64,000 bases of DNA from the NCBI GenBank assembly GCA_001244265.2, contig CDLV01000011.1, positions 1 through 64,000 of the forward strand, written 5' to 3'. Made by a program: the position numbers and the translations under genes. Of the stretch, positions 36,227 to 48,455 are shown in pieces; position 1 is the first letter of the stretch; each line of letters starts with the position of its first letter. The notes under the pieces were generated by a model, which was given only the letters and a program-made list of their open reading frames with translations, was not told the DNA's origin and searched no databases. This DNA comes from Microbotryum violaceum (taxonomy: Eukaryota).

Positions 36227-38560
36227 ATGCCCAACGCCAAGAGGAGTGGTGCGGCTCAACGGACCAAGAAAGCGTCAGTGTGGCTCCCGTCTTTCACGCG
36301 CCAAACGAGCGAGCACCCCAGCTCAACTGTAGCCTCGTACGAGATCACAGTCGAGGCACACACCGTGTAGTGCGAACGATTCCGCTCCAACGGTGCCGAG
36401 ACTGAACCTGCTCTGCGCCGGTACTCCGCGGCATGTCGCCTGATCGAGTCATCCCGTTTGACTCTCGGCCGGCCCTCCCACCACCATCAGCTCAGCAGCA
36501 TCTACTTGATTTGAAGTACTTTCGGAACTGACTTTATTCACCCTTGCTCCCCACAGCGCGAATGCCAAAGCCGCCGCCGCAGGCACCTCGACCTCTTCCT
36601 CGACCACGAACGGGGCTTCGGCCTCGTCCTCCTCTTCACGTTTCGGTCATTCGGGCGAGTTTACCTTCTCCTCCCCTCCCCCACGCACCTCCAGGAAAAC
36701 TACCACCAGCGGCAAGAGCAGTCCTTCGGCGCAGAAGAGAGGACATCTGTCCCCCATCGTGCTCTCGTCCGATAGCGACGACAGCGACGACGACGACAGC
36801 AGCAGCGAGGAAGAGGACGACAGCGACGATGCCAAGGAGGCCGATAGCGATGTCGATATGGGCGAGAGGGAAAAGCCTGATCACGAGTTGACCGCCGAGG
36901 AGAAGCTCGTCAGGGCCGCGGAGAGGAAGGAGACTGGTAATGAATATTGTACGTCGAACGCAGTCAGAATAGGCTTCCACTTTACTGACGTCTGTCTGGG
37001 GTTCCTCGAGGCGTACAGACAAGAAGAAGGACTACCCAACTGCGACGCGATACTATTCTCAAGCCATCTCGCTAGACCCGACGAACCCGACCTACCTCAA
37101 CAACCGAGCCGCATCGCGTATGGAATCGCGCGTCTACTCTTCAGCGTTCGAGGACCTCCTCGCTGCAGCAGCTTTGCAAGCCAAGGAGCCGCAGGTCAAG
37201 ACCTTGTTGCGATTGGGCAAGTGTCAGACCGCTTTGGGGCTCGTCAATCAGGCGCAGCAGACCTTGGACCAGGCGTTCAAGATGGACTCGACGAACGTTG
37301 GCGTGCAGAACGAGCGCAAGAAGGTCGCGAGGATCCAGAACGCCTTGGCCAACGTCAAGCGCGATCTGGAGAAGAAGGATTGGTCCATGGTCCTCCTGGG
37401 TATTGATGCTGCCGCGAGGGAGGTCGAGGAGACGCCGAGAGAGTGGAGGACGTGGAAGGTCCAGGCATTGGTGGGGAAAAAGCAGTACGACCAAGCTGCT
37501 GGGATGGCTGCGTAAGTTCTGATCTATACCAGGTTGCTGGTTGGTCAAGCGCTGATGGTTTCGATCGACTACCTCGCAGTGATTTATTGCGAGCAAACCA
37601 GAACCAGCCCGAGGCGCTGTACTACCGAGGCCTTTGCCTCTACTACGCCGGCAACCACCCCCAGGCGATTGCTCATTGCCAGCAAGCTTTGCGTAATGAT
37701 CCAGATTACGTTCTTGCTCGGTGGGTTGCTTCGCCTCTTTCACGCGTCAGGAACGCCCCCCCCCCCACTGATGTGAACCAAGAGCATCGCACAGAACACT
37801 ACTGCGCCAAGTCAAACTTGTGGATTCGCTCAAGGATGCGGGCAACGAAGCGTTCAAAATGAACCGGCTCGACAGGGCCATCGCCAAGTACAGCGAGGCG
37901 CTCGCCGTCGATCCGGAGAACGACGTTCTACGCGCGACGCTGTTGTCGAACCGCGCGACGGCGCAGCTCAAGCTCAAGAAGTACGACGAGGCGTTGAGCG
38001 ATTGTGAGGCGTGTTTGGCGCTGCAACCGCAGTACTGGAAGGCGATGAGGACCAAGGCCCGGGTTGGTCTTGCGCAAGAGGAATGGGAAGGCGCAGTGCA
38101 CGCTTTCAAGCAGGCCTACGAGATCGCTCCCGCGGGATCGAACGACGAGGCCGCGTTGAAGAGGGAAATCGCTGATGCCGAGGCCAAGTTGAAGAGGAGC
38201 AAGATGAAGGACCATTATAAAACTTTGGGGATCAGCTCGACCGCGTCCGAGGACGAGATCAAGAAGGCGTACAGGAAACAGTCGCTCATTCATCACCCCG
38301 ACAAGGGAGGGTCCGACGCGAGCTTCAAGGAAGTTGGCGAGGCGTACGCCATCCTTAGTGATCCGCAAAGGAGGAGGAAATTCGACATGGGCATCGACGA
38401 GAATGACCCTCATGCTGGTCATGGCGGCGGGGATGACTTTGGGTTCGGCGGCGGCGTAGATCTTTCGGATCTATTCGGTGCTGCGGGTGGCTTTGGTGGA
38501 GGTGGCTTTGGTGGGGGTGGACGGCGACAGTACCATTCTCATCAGCAGTACGGGTTCTAG
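36227..38560 (+). CDS. DNAJC7: TPR + J-domain co-chaperone (DNAJC7/Tpr2-like)
   Basis: TPR repeats (KETGNE, YLNNRAA, KDAGNEAFK, LLSNRATA) and a C-terminal J domain KDHYKTLG..IKKAYRKQSLIHHPDKGG..FKEVGEAYAILSDP with a G/F-rich tail. Confidence 0.88.
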
Positions 38561-38719
38561 GCAAGCGTGTACGAACGATAGAAGCCGACAGTCTAGTCAC
38601 AGGTCGTGCAATGCATTTCTTCCTTTGGACACAGCCTACCGCCAGTCTCTTTGTTACCATGAATGATACGCTGCTTCTCAGTGATCCCAAAAAAGTGCTG
38701 AGAAGTCCGGGAAAAAACA

Positions 38720-41428
38720 GGGGGTCGCACGAAAAGTCGCACTCTAGAAAACTCTGATGTGTTCACCATTCTGAACGGAGTGGCTCACACGGGAAGTGGT
38801 CGACACAGCATTGCAACATCTATAAAGTTTCGACTTCTACCATTTGATTAACCTACCCCAAAAGAAGCCTTTTTAGTCACTTCAATTCTTGACGACCTTC
38901 GCATCACTCGCAACTACACCTGGCGCTCCGGCCTTCAAGTGGCCGGGCGTGCGATCCGAGATGTAGTTCCCATTCTCGTCCCTCTCAATCGAGGTGGAGT
39001 CGGTCAATCTAACGTTCTCGAGGAAGAAGGCGGCGATCAAACCCAGTGCGGCGATACATGTTCCGACGATGACGATGATACGTTGAGTTTCATCGTGCGC
39101 TCGGGCGACGGCGAGACGCTCGGGCGTGCCGGGTGGGAAACGAGCGATGAAACCGATCGGGTTCTGGTATGCCGAGGTGACGAGGCTTTGGTCCGGCATG
39201 TATTCCGCGAGCTTTTCGGGGACGAGGTTCGTCCAAATAACTTAAGGGAAGATAGAAGGTGGAAGGAACGGTTCAGTGTACTGTTTTTATTTCGCGTCGG
39301 GAAAATTATTCGACTGCGGAGTGGGGGGAACTTACCACCACCGATTGCGGATCCGATACCACTCGAGAAGTAGTAAATGGTCAGGTAACCAGCTGTGATT
39401 GCAGCGATGTGTTCGTGCTTTGACACGGTTTGGATCGCAGCTTGAACGGGGAAGCCAATGCATCCGACACCGAAACCGCGAACGATTTGAACCATCGCGA
39501 GGTCGGCCTGCGAGTTCGTCGATTGGCGGTAACGGATCATGAGGCCCAAGGATAGAACCTCGAGTACGAAGCCTAGGAGGATGATAGGCTTGAGGTAACG
39601 AAGGTAACGCGCTGCGACACCCGCCACTGCGGCTGTGAGCGTGCCCGTGAAGGATACGAGGTTGACGATACGAGTCGCCGAGGTATTGGACTGGTTCGCG
39701 GCGACGCGGAGGAAAGTGAAAAAGTAGGAACCGATCGCACCTCCTGCAACGTGACGGACGACGGTGGTGATCAAACCGACGATGACAGTGCGGTTCCTCA
39801 TCAACGAGAAGGGGATCAAAGGGTGACGAGCGCCGTAAGCCTCCCAAAGAACGAAGGCGATGACGCACAGACCGCCAACGGTTAGAAGCGCGATGCAGTG
39901 CGGGTCCGACCACTTGGAGCCTCGGCCATTCGCAATCGTGATGGTGACGAGCACCATACCCGCACCGGCGACGAGGAAGAGAAGACCGACGAGATCGAGC
40001 GACCAGAAGACGGCGACCGTCTTGGTCCACAAAGTCTTGTTGTCCGAGATGGTCGGGCCGTTGACGATCGTTGAAGCGACGTCCTCCTCGTCGTCCTGGA
40101 GCGACTTTTCGGACTTGGTTGGGGTGCCATCGATATGCTTCTTATGAGGACGCATACCGTAGGTCAGCGTAAGGATAATTGGCGTCGCCATCGCTGGTAC
40201 GATGATGCAAAACATCCCGAGACCCCATCGCCAGGTCGTCGTCTCGAGCACGGACTCCGTGATGTTACCAGAGACCCAGACGTTGATCGTTCCGGGAATT
40301 GAGGGGAAGATGGACCAGAACAGACGGTTTCGCGTCGACGAGATTTCTGAGATGATGATATTTTGAAGGAGGAAGAGACCTGTGATCCCGAGGACGTAGA
40401 TGGAGTTGCCGACGGCGTACGTGTAGATGCTATTGGCACTTGCAGCGACGGCGTAACCTGCCCAGGTTAGTGAGAAAATTCTTCAGGATCTCGATTACGG
40501 TAATGAAACGACCAAAATACTCCGACTGACCAACGGCGTAAAGAACAACACACATCACATAGGCTTCGACACGACCGGCGACATCGGAGATCTTAGCGAT
40601 CGGCGGCTGCGACACGGCCTGGAAGACGGACTTGAGCGTTCGGAGCGTCGCGAGCGTCGAGTGGGCCTTGAACGACACCGATGTCGCTGTGGTGAGGTAG
40701 GTTCCGGAGGTGCTGACGGGGAGTACAGGAGCAAAGATCAGACACAACGCGTTCTAAGCATACGACTAGAATAATGCAATGGACTCACTATTGATCTGTC
40801 ACATTAATATCAAATAACCGAGCGTATGGCGCAAATCGAACGAGAAAGATCGGACTTGTTAGTCCTCCTCGTTCGTTCCCTCGAGGGCCTGACGGCCTCC
40901 GGTAAAAGAGCTTCCTTCGCTCGACACTCACCCAAACTCATGACGAAAGCCAACAACGCGAAACCACCGTACAGCAATGACAGATACTTGAAGTTCAAGC
41001 GACGTTGCAGAGCTTGCATCTTGCGCACCCCTCGCGAGATGGAAGGGACGATCACGGTCATGTTTTCGACGCCGGCACTCGTGTCGAGGTCGGCACCCGC
41101 GCCGGCGCTGGGTCCGACGCCGTGAGCGACCGAGCTGGAGCGCTTGCCCTCGTGCGACGACTCGGAGGAACGCGAGTCGTGGAGCGTCGTCAAAGTCGGA
41201 CTCGGCATGATGATCAACAAGGAGAAGTTGTTTTTCCTTTTGAGGTGGGGATTCGAGGAGAAAGAAGGAGAGAAGGCCTGAACCGACGGCTTGCGAGGAA
41301 AAAAACGGCATGCTCTCGGCTGCCACATGTGGGGTGCGGTGATTATGCGGCACGAGCGCTCAGATGAGATCTTGATCAGATTATCCTCGCGCGCGCGACA
41401 ACGATGGCCGGAGCTGCTGCGAGGTGGT
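38720..41428. repeat. Right arm of the ~2.7-kb inverted duplication
   Basis: Reverse complement of 32721-35435. Alternative-frame ORFs are identical between arms, e.g. 33709-33984 and 40164-40439. Confidence 0.95.
38882..41208 (-). CDS. Siderophore-iron MFS transporter, copy 2
   Basis: Same exon structure as copy 1 with splice sites and frame intact. Amino-acid differences cluster in the C-terminal half. Confidence 0.9.
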
Positions 41429-41473
41429 TACTACCTCTATATATATAAAAAGGCCTCTATCTATATATAAAAA

Positions 41474-42184
41474 CCCGTCGGCGGAGCAGGCGTGGTTCGA
41501 GGAAATGGGTAGACTTGGTATCGAGACGATTGGAAAGCATTTGGAAAAGCTGGCAGAAGGTACAGTGCACAGAAGACTGAGGTTCGCATTTCGTTGGCGG
41601 ACGGAAGCTTCTCAGACCATAAACTCCTTTTCCCCCCTTTCCTCACTCCAGCCTTCATGTCCCTTCTGAACCCTCACTTGCAAGTCTTACAGAAGCACCC
41701 AAGCTGACATTCCCTCTTTCTTTGAACAGACTACATCGCCCATCTACGCGCTTCCAAAGCGTCCCCCTTCCCATCCCTCCTTTTCTCACATTCGACGTCG
41801 ACTCTTCTCGCCGAGACGTACGTCTCCTCCCATTCCCTGTCGGGTATGGTCCTTTTCTCCCCACCCTCGCTCTCCGACTTTGGTCCACTCGGTCCCTTCC
41901 ACCCCTCTCGGAAGCAGAGAAAGGATTTCGAAGCAGCCGCTACTTCGGCATCAAGTACCCCCTTCGGGCCGACCCAAGACCTGTTCAACTACGAACCCGG
42001 ATTCCCCATCGCGATCACCCTACCCCACTTGACTGCACCGTCATCCCCTCTTCCCGAGCACCATCGCCTCTTTCGAGATTTTGGCGACGATGGAGAAGAG
42101 AACGTCGAGGCGTGGATCGAAGGACCGAGCGAGGAGCAGAATTGGCAGAGGGTGATGGATTGGATGGATGTAAACAGGTTCTAA
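41474..42184 (+). pseudogene. 3' half of the split alpha/beta-hydrolase-like gene
   Basis: PSAEQAWFEEMGRLGIETIGKHLEKLAE, intron 41560-41729, then DYIAHLRASKASPFPSLLFSHSTSTLLAETYVSSHSLSGMVLFSPP..FNYEPGFPIAI..WMDVNRF*. No stops; native start missing. Confidence 0.72.
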
Positions 42185-42458
42185 GAACGAAATTGGGGGT
42201 GCTGCTTTTTCGAAAAATCTCGATTCGCGTTGTTGTAAATTCATGCAGTTCATCCCACTCGGTCGTTCCGTTCCGTAGTAAGGGATAAGTGCAAGCCAAG
42301 GCGCTATCGCCCGAAGGAGCGTCGGACTCCGAACGCACGATGACGTAAATGGCTCCGCCTCGCGCATCTCGAAAGCGGTCCATTCCTCGTCTTCCTTCTC
42401 TCCTCTTCTTTCCGTACCATCACTATCTAACTCTGCCATCTATCATCAGCCGTCAATC

Positions 42459-43206
42459 ATGGTAAATCGACAACCTCTGAACCGTATTGGAAACCACTCT
42501 TGATTCGAGTTGTGTCATAACTGACGATCGACCTGTGACACACTACAGTCCGCACCCGCCCAGGAACCCGGCCACTTCAAGTGATTGCAAATCGACCTCC
42601 TCAGCTCCATCTTACCTAATTCGATCTAACTCTTCCTTTTCGTTATGTACAGCCCCATCACGCAGCGCTTCGAAGCGGACTCGGCGCATGTCGTCTCGTC
42701 CGAGCAGAATGGCTCAACCTTCCCCGGCGACGACCACCCCTCCTCTGCAGCAGGTGTCAGGACCATTCCTGCGCCTTGTAAGCTTCGGCGCTGTCAATAA
42801 TTCGGCTTGAAAAGTTCGCTGATCAAACTCTCGGCGCTCTGGACGATGGTCTCGAACCGAACGTCTTACTTGCCTTTATCAAAAACTCAGCCACGCAGCC
42901 GAGTTTCAAGGATCAAGTCATTGGGAATGCCAAGAAGGTAAGCGAAGATGTACAACCTGCCACGAAATCTCCCATTGACTCGGTATTTAATCTCACCAGT
43001 TTGCTGGCCAAGCTTTCGGACGAGTAAGCAGAAACCGAAACCGCGCCGTCACATAATTTAGCCCATCGCTCAACCTCGACTCTCTTCTCTAGGAACACGA
43101 AAAGATTACAGGAGAGGCCTTAATTGCAGGTCATGGAAAAGATAAAGCTGAGCAGATCGGTCAAGAAGTCAAGGCTGCGACGGAGCAACAAGCTGCCAAG
43201 AAGTAA
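42459..43206 (+). CDS. Small (~114 aa) hydrophilic protein, six exons, CsbD/LEA-like character
   Basis: Exons 42459-42461, 42549-42580, 42653-42777, 42891-42937, 43000-43023 and 43093-43206. Five GT-AG introns join them in one open frame ending TAA. Confidence 0.8.
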
Positions 43207-45640
43207 GCGATTCGACTGGTTTCCGATTCGGGCCCCCTTTTCAGGGTTTGACAAGGAGCGCGGCGCTTATATTTACGCGGAGCCAGAGGAAGATGTAATG
43301 CAATGTTTTCTTCAATATCGACTAATTTTTAGTCCCCTCGGAAAGCTTGCATGTGTTTTCGAGTTACATCTCGGGCCTCTCGACGACTGATAGCACGCGC
43401 CGCGCTGCTTGACAGCGTCAACCGAATCCCGCATCATGCCCACCACCGAGGACTCCCTATCATCTTCAGATTGCACGTTCCAAAACACCGACGATTTCCT
43501 CAGCAGAGAAAGCCGCTCTCTTTCTCAAGATTCTGCAATAGCCACGCAGCGACTGCTGCCGGTATGTAAAGGAATCAAAGTATGCGTCTCTGGTGTGCAT
43601 GATTACAAATCTGTCATTCTTGACGGTTCTAGTAGCTACTCAGAAGCCACTTATATGGCTGAAAGGCATTCCCTTATACAGACAGCCGGTGAGGGCCGGG
43701 GAGGATCCCCGATTAGACGCGTGGTCCACAAAAAGCGGTGCTGCCTACGTTATATTTTTGGGGCGTTTGTGCCTCGAGATGCGCGATGCGCGGGACTTGG
43801 ACCCGCCGCCCCCGCGTTGACTAAGACTACATCCGCGGACGATTAGGCTGCCTTCGTGAGCAAACGTGCAAACACCAGCGCTTGTCGATTCGTCAATAAT
43901 CACCGCAATCGCTTCCGCCCTTTTTCATCATCAGCATCTGCATCATCTGAAAACCATGCCTCCGTGTGTGAGCTAAGCAAAAAAAAAAAACCCACATCCT
44001 TGACTCTCAAGACGCCAAAATTTAAGAGCGGAAGGTTGACGAATGACGATGAAACTTGACGAAGGCACAAAACTAGGGGGGCGCTCCCAGTCCTCGGCGC
44101 GATCCGGGCCCGTCGGTCTGCTTACCCAAAGCTGGCATTGGTTGTCGACTTCTGGTTGGTCGCGGGCGGTGAAAATTGAATCTGACCAGAGAAGGTCCCC
44201 TTTGGCTCGAGAGGAGGCCGATGAATCGAGCGCTTCCGATTTTTTCGCGGTCAGCATCACCTACAGTATAAAGTCTTCTGCAGAAGCTGTGGCTCTGGAG
44301 AAGGGAGCGAACTGGGTCTGGAAGGAATCAGATCAGCTTGTGGGATCGCCCGTTGCTAGATGCCGCCAGTTTTGGTGGCAGCTCTTCATTGTCAAAGGTT
44401 GAGCCTGCTGCTGGCCCTAATATGGGCGTTGCCGTTTATTCATAGCGCTTCCTCGAGCTGTCGAGCCGGGGTTTCCGATTATAACCCACGTCCGTTCGCT
44501 TCCCAGCTGCTGCCCCCCTCCCCCTCGCACCTCATCTTGACCGCCTCGGACGTGCTCATCGCTACCGTCGTCGGTCTGCAGTTTTCGAGCCCGTAAACTC
44601 TGCTGTTATCGTGCATCATCTTGGTCAGCCCCCGCCATCGCCAGCCTAACCCGGGTTGCCCTCTTCAAAACGCACTAGTACAAGCGCTGGCAACTCGCAC
44701 GCACCTCGACGGAGCTCCCACACATCCCTTAAAGCTCGTATATCTTTGCACAACCCGTTGCGTTTGGAACCTTGTTCATCGAGTCTCGCCATCGTCAACG
44801 TTGATACCCCTCTGAGGAGGTCTACAAGGCTGCATCTGGCCTCGACTTGAATTCGACTCTTGCGCCGTCTCCGCCGGCAAGCCACAGGCGGCGCGCGACT
44901 CGATCTCGCTCAGCTCCGATCCCACTACGGCGTGATCCCCGATCAGCCTCGCCTCGGATTTTTGCTCCGTACTTTCGATCAGGTCAGTTCTCTCTCCTCC
45001 TGTTGTTCTATCATTTCCATCCATCAGCGTCGATGCTCGCTCGCTTCGCATTCGTCCCCGGGACTCTCTCTCGTCCGGGGTCGGGGTCGAGGGGTTCACG
45101 GTCGAGAGGGTCACGGGGGTCCTTGGTGTCACCTCCGTGATACCGAGCCGCGGTACCACCTCCGACAAGATCACTTTTCTCCGCTACTGGAACCCAGGGG
45201 AAGGGTGCATTCACTCCTGGTAGATCATCGGGACATCGACTGCATCTCCGCCTCGTCGACGCGAGGCACGATCCGCCCAGAGTGGTGTCGTGGGTGTATG
45301 CGCAGGAAAGGAGGCGATTTAGCGCCATCGAGGGACTCGGCGCAGGTGCTTCACCATTTCCGGGGCGGTATTGGCTGCCCCCTAGATGAAAGAGATGCAA
45401 GAGAAGGGATGAGTCGACTATCGTTCTCCTCTCTCATCGTGCGGCGAACACTCGAGTGGTTTTGGGTGCTTTTCGACCGCGGAGGCACATCGTTTTCATC
45501 TCAACGGAGATCACGCGTCTAATTCAGGAGTAATCGACGGCTGCTGAGATTGAACTCACCCTCGCTTCCGCCCCCGTGCTCTTCAACCCTATTCCACCCA
45601 TCTACAGATCTCGCTCTTCTCACTGCGCACTCGTGAAATC

Positions 45641-47850
45641 ATGGGTCGCCGCAAGATCTCGATCGCGCCCATCCAGGACGATCGCAATCGGTCCGTCACA
45701 TTCCTCAAACGCAAGAACGGTCTCTTCAAGAAGGCGTACGAACTCGGCGTTTTGTGCAACGCCGACGTTGCGGTCATCGTCTTTAATGGAGCGAATAAGC
45801 TTTTCGAGTAGGTTTCCAAGTCCCCAGCGGTCCGGGGCTACGACTGAGCCCGAGGTACTGAGTTTCGCTACTTTGATTTCGTCTTGAAACAGATTCCATA
45901 GTGGGGATATAGATCAGACACTACTTCGTTATGCACACGTGAGTTAACACTCGAAGACTGGTCATCCGCAAACGGATCTCTTACTCACGCCGTTCGTCCT
46001 GCACCGTGGGACCGGGTAGTACTCCGGCCCCGCTCACGAGAAACGTGGCCCCGAGTACTATGGCGCTACACACCCGGGAGGACTTGTCACCTCCGCTTTG
46101 GGAGATAAGATTGCTCATCGCAACGCTGGTGAACCAGGAGCCGAGGAGGACGAAGTCGACGAAGAAGAAGAAGAAGGCTCGCTCGTGGATGAGGATGAGG
46201 ATGCGGATGCTCGAGGAGCGCAAATAAAGCAGAGTGCACCGGGGGGGAGTAAGATTAAAAGAGGTGGGAACGAAGATGGGAAGGGGCCCATGGTGGAGAG
46301 AGACGACGACCAGAGAAGTGACCCGAGAAGCGACACTTTGGAAGAGGTACAATTTTCTCCAAAAGGCGGCACTCGATCACTTTGCTGTTACCAGGCACTG
46401 ACGGGTCTGAACTTGCTCGCCTCATCAGGAACAGCCTTCATTCTACAATGATCGAGAGCATGCAAGTCAGCAACAACAACGCTTCCAATCAGGACAAGAT
46501 CCTCCCTCGCCTCAATCGCTTGCGGCATCTGGAAACTGGCCCTTTCATCTCGGCTTCCCCCAGCCCGTCTTCAACAACCCCTATACCTCGTTCCCCGGTT
46601 TCCCGCAAGCACCACATCCTTCCTTCGCCGGCCAGTCGTACCCTGGTGGACCTCCCAATTCAAATGGTGGTTGGAATTCTCAAATGCCGTCGCATCCGGG
46701 AGGCGGTCCAGGACAAGGGGGCAATCCTATGGGCCAGAACCCCTTCTGGGCTATGCAGAACCTTGTTCAGACATACGGCGCCTCTATGAGTGGAGGTATG
46801 CCGGGAGGCGGACCGCCCGGCCCTCTCGGACATACCAATGGCAACAGCAGCAATGGAGGTCCCGGTGGACCACCTAACGGCTTCTCGGGCGACTTTGCTG
46901 CACTGCAAGCTGCGTATGGGATGGGGATGATGAATAATCCTGGCGCGGGAGGTCCTCCTTATTTTGGCGCTAGCCCGGCGAACGGGGGTGGATCCTCGTC
47001 GGCGTTGCCGAGCTTGGCACTCTCCTCGTTGGGCAACCCGAATGGTCCTCCTGGCGGTCCTCCTTCGTCGTCCGGATCGACGTCGTCGGCTCCTTTTCCG
47101 CTCTATCCCGGATCGGCTCGGCAAGCTCCATCGGAAGTCTCTCCCGTTCCGATCCATCGCTCAACTTCGGTAACGTCGCTTCGACGTGCTTCACCCGGCC
47201 CCGCATCAACGAGGACAATGGAGCTCTCGCGCGGTCAAAGTTTTGATGGTGTCTCGCAAGGTCGAGGTCCGCCCAGTCGAAGCAATTCGTTACCCAAACC
47301 CCACCTGAACCTCAATATACCCCGACCGCCAGGATCGACGACTTCGACGCCCGGAATCGACAGCAACCCTCGAGGCCGGGCTTTGCTCATCCACGAAGGA
47401 CAACCTTCCAATTCGGAGCCCGAATCGATTCCCCCGATTCAAGGGTCGCAGTTGCTGTCCAGTCTGGGGGATTCGTCGTCGTCGCACCACATGTTGCCTT
47501 CACCTTCAACCTTTTTCGCCTCGACCGACTTCAACCCCTCGAACCCTCTGGACCGGTCTTACGATCGTAATGAAGATGAAGACCAAAGCCGTGACCGCAA
47601 CGCCGGTTCGTCGCACTCCCCGAACGAAGCTGAAGCTCATGAGGACGATGCACCTCGAAGCCTCAACTGGTCCGCTGCACCCAAGTTGTCGAATGATCGC
47701 ACAACATCAACTTTGAATTCAAGTGAAGGGAACGTATCCACGACGGGTAATTCGGCGGCCACTTCATCGAAGAGGACCGAATCGGAGAGTGGGCATCGTT
47801 TGGGTGTCGGCATGGAAGGTGACGGGAAGAAGAGGGTTCGAGTGATTTGA
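45641..47850 (+). CDS. RLM1: MEF2-type MADS-box transcription factor (Rlm1/Smp1-like)
   Basis: [65 protein letters not shown] followed by a long low-complexity C-terminus. Confidence 0.88.
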
Positions 47851-48455
47851 ATTGTGTGTTGGAGGTTAGCTCGATAAGAGTGTCTTTTTTTTTTCAGAGT
47901 GCATGTCTGTTTCCGCACGTTCGCTGTATTGAATATGACAGAAAAAAGAAGGGGTCGCAAGCTCATTGTGGTGGTGTTCCTGCTCGTCAAAGCTGTTTCG
48001 ACCGGGGATCGGACCGAGCTAAATTTGGGTGCGAGCTGGCGTCCGTCCGCGTGACCGAGCGCGCGGGTTACTCGTCCTGCTCCACTTCCCGTCTCACGAG
48101 CGGACGTGGACCTCGCTCTCTGAGCGCATCACTCCTTCGATCTGCAATCGGCCTGGCTTGACTCGGTGATAGTCAGTGGGCTCTGTTCGGCACCTCGCCA
48201 AAGCGTTGTAGCAGCTGCATCTGCTTTTCTGGTACTGCGTCCGGCTTGTCGCTCCGCTCGCTCCTCTCGCTCCTCGCTCCCCCACCTCGTCCGCGGCCGG
48301 TGCGACGTCGTACGAGTTTGGTACGACGCAACTGTGAACCATACAACAACACTCACAACGCGACTCACACCGTAAGATTCGCTGTCTCATCCCCCGACCT
48401 CTCGAGATTGGTCGTTCCAATTCATCGTGCGACGGACCTTGCCGAACGATCAACC

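Noticed and set aside
40455-40470. Apparent frameshift in transporter copy 2 (ORF track splits it)
   Set aside because: The extra base (ctaacctgggcag versus ctaacctggcag) lies between branch point and acceptor inside an intron, so the coding frame is unaffected.
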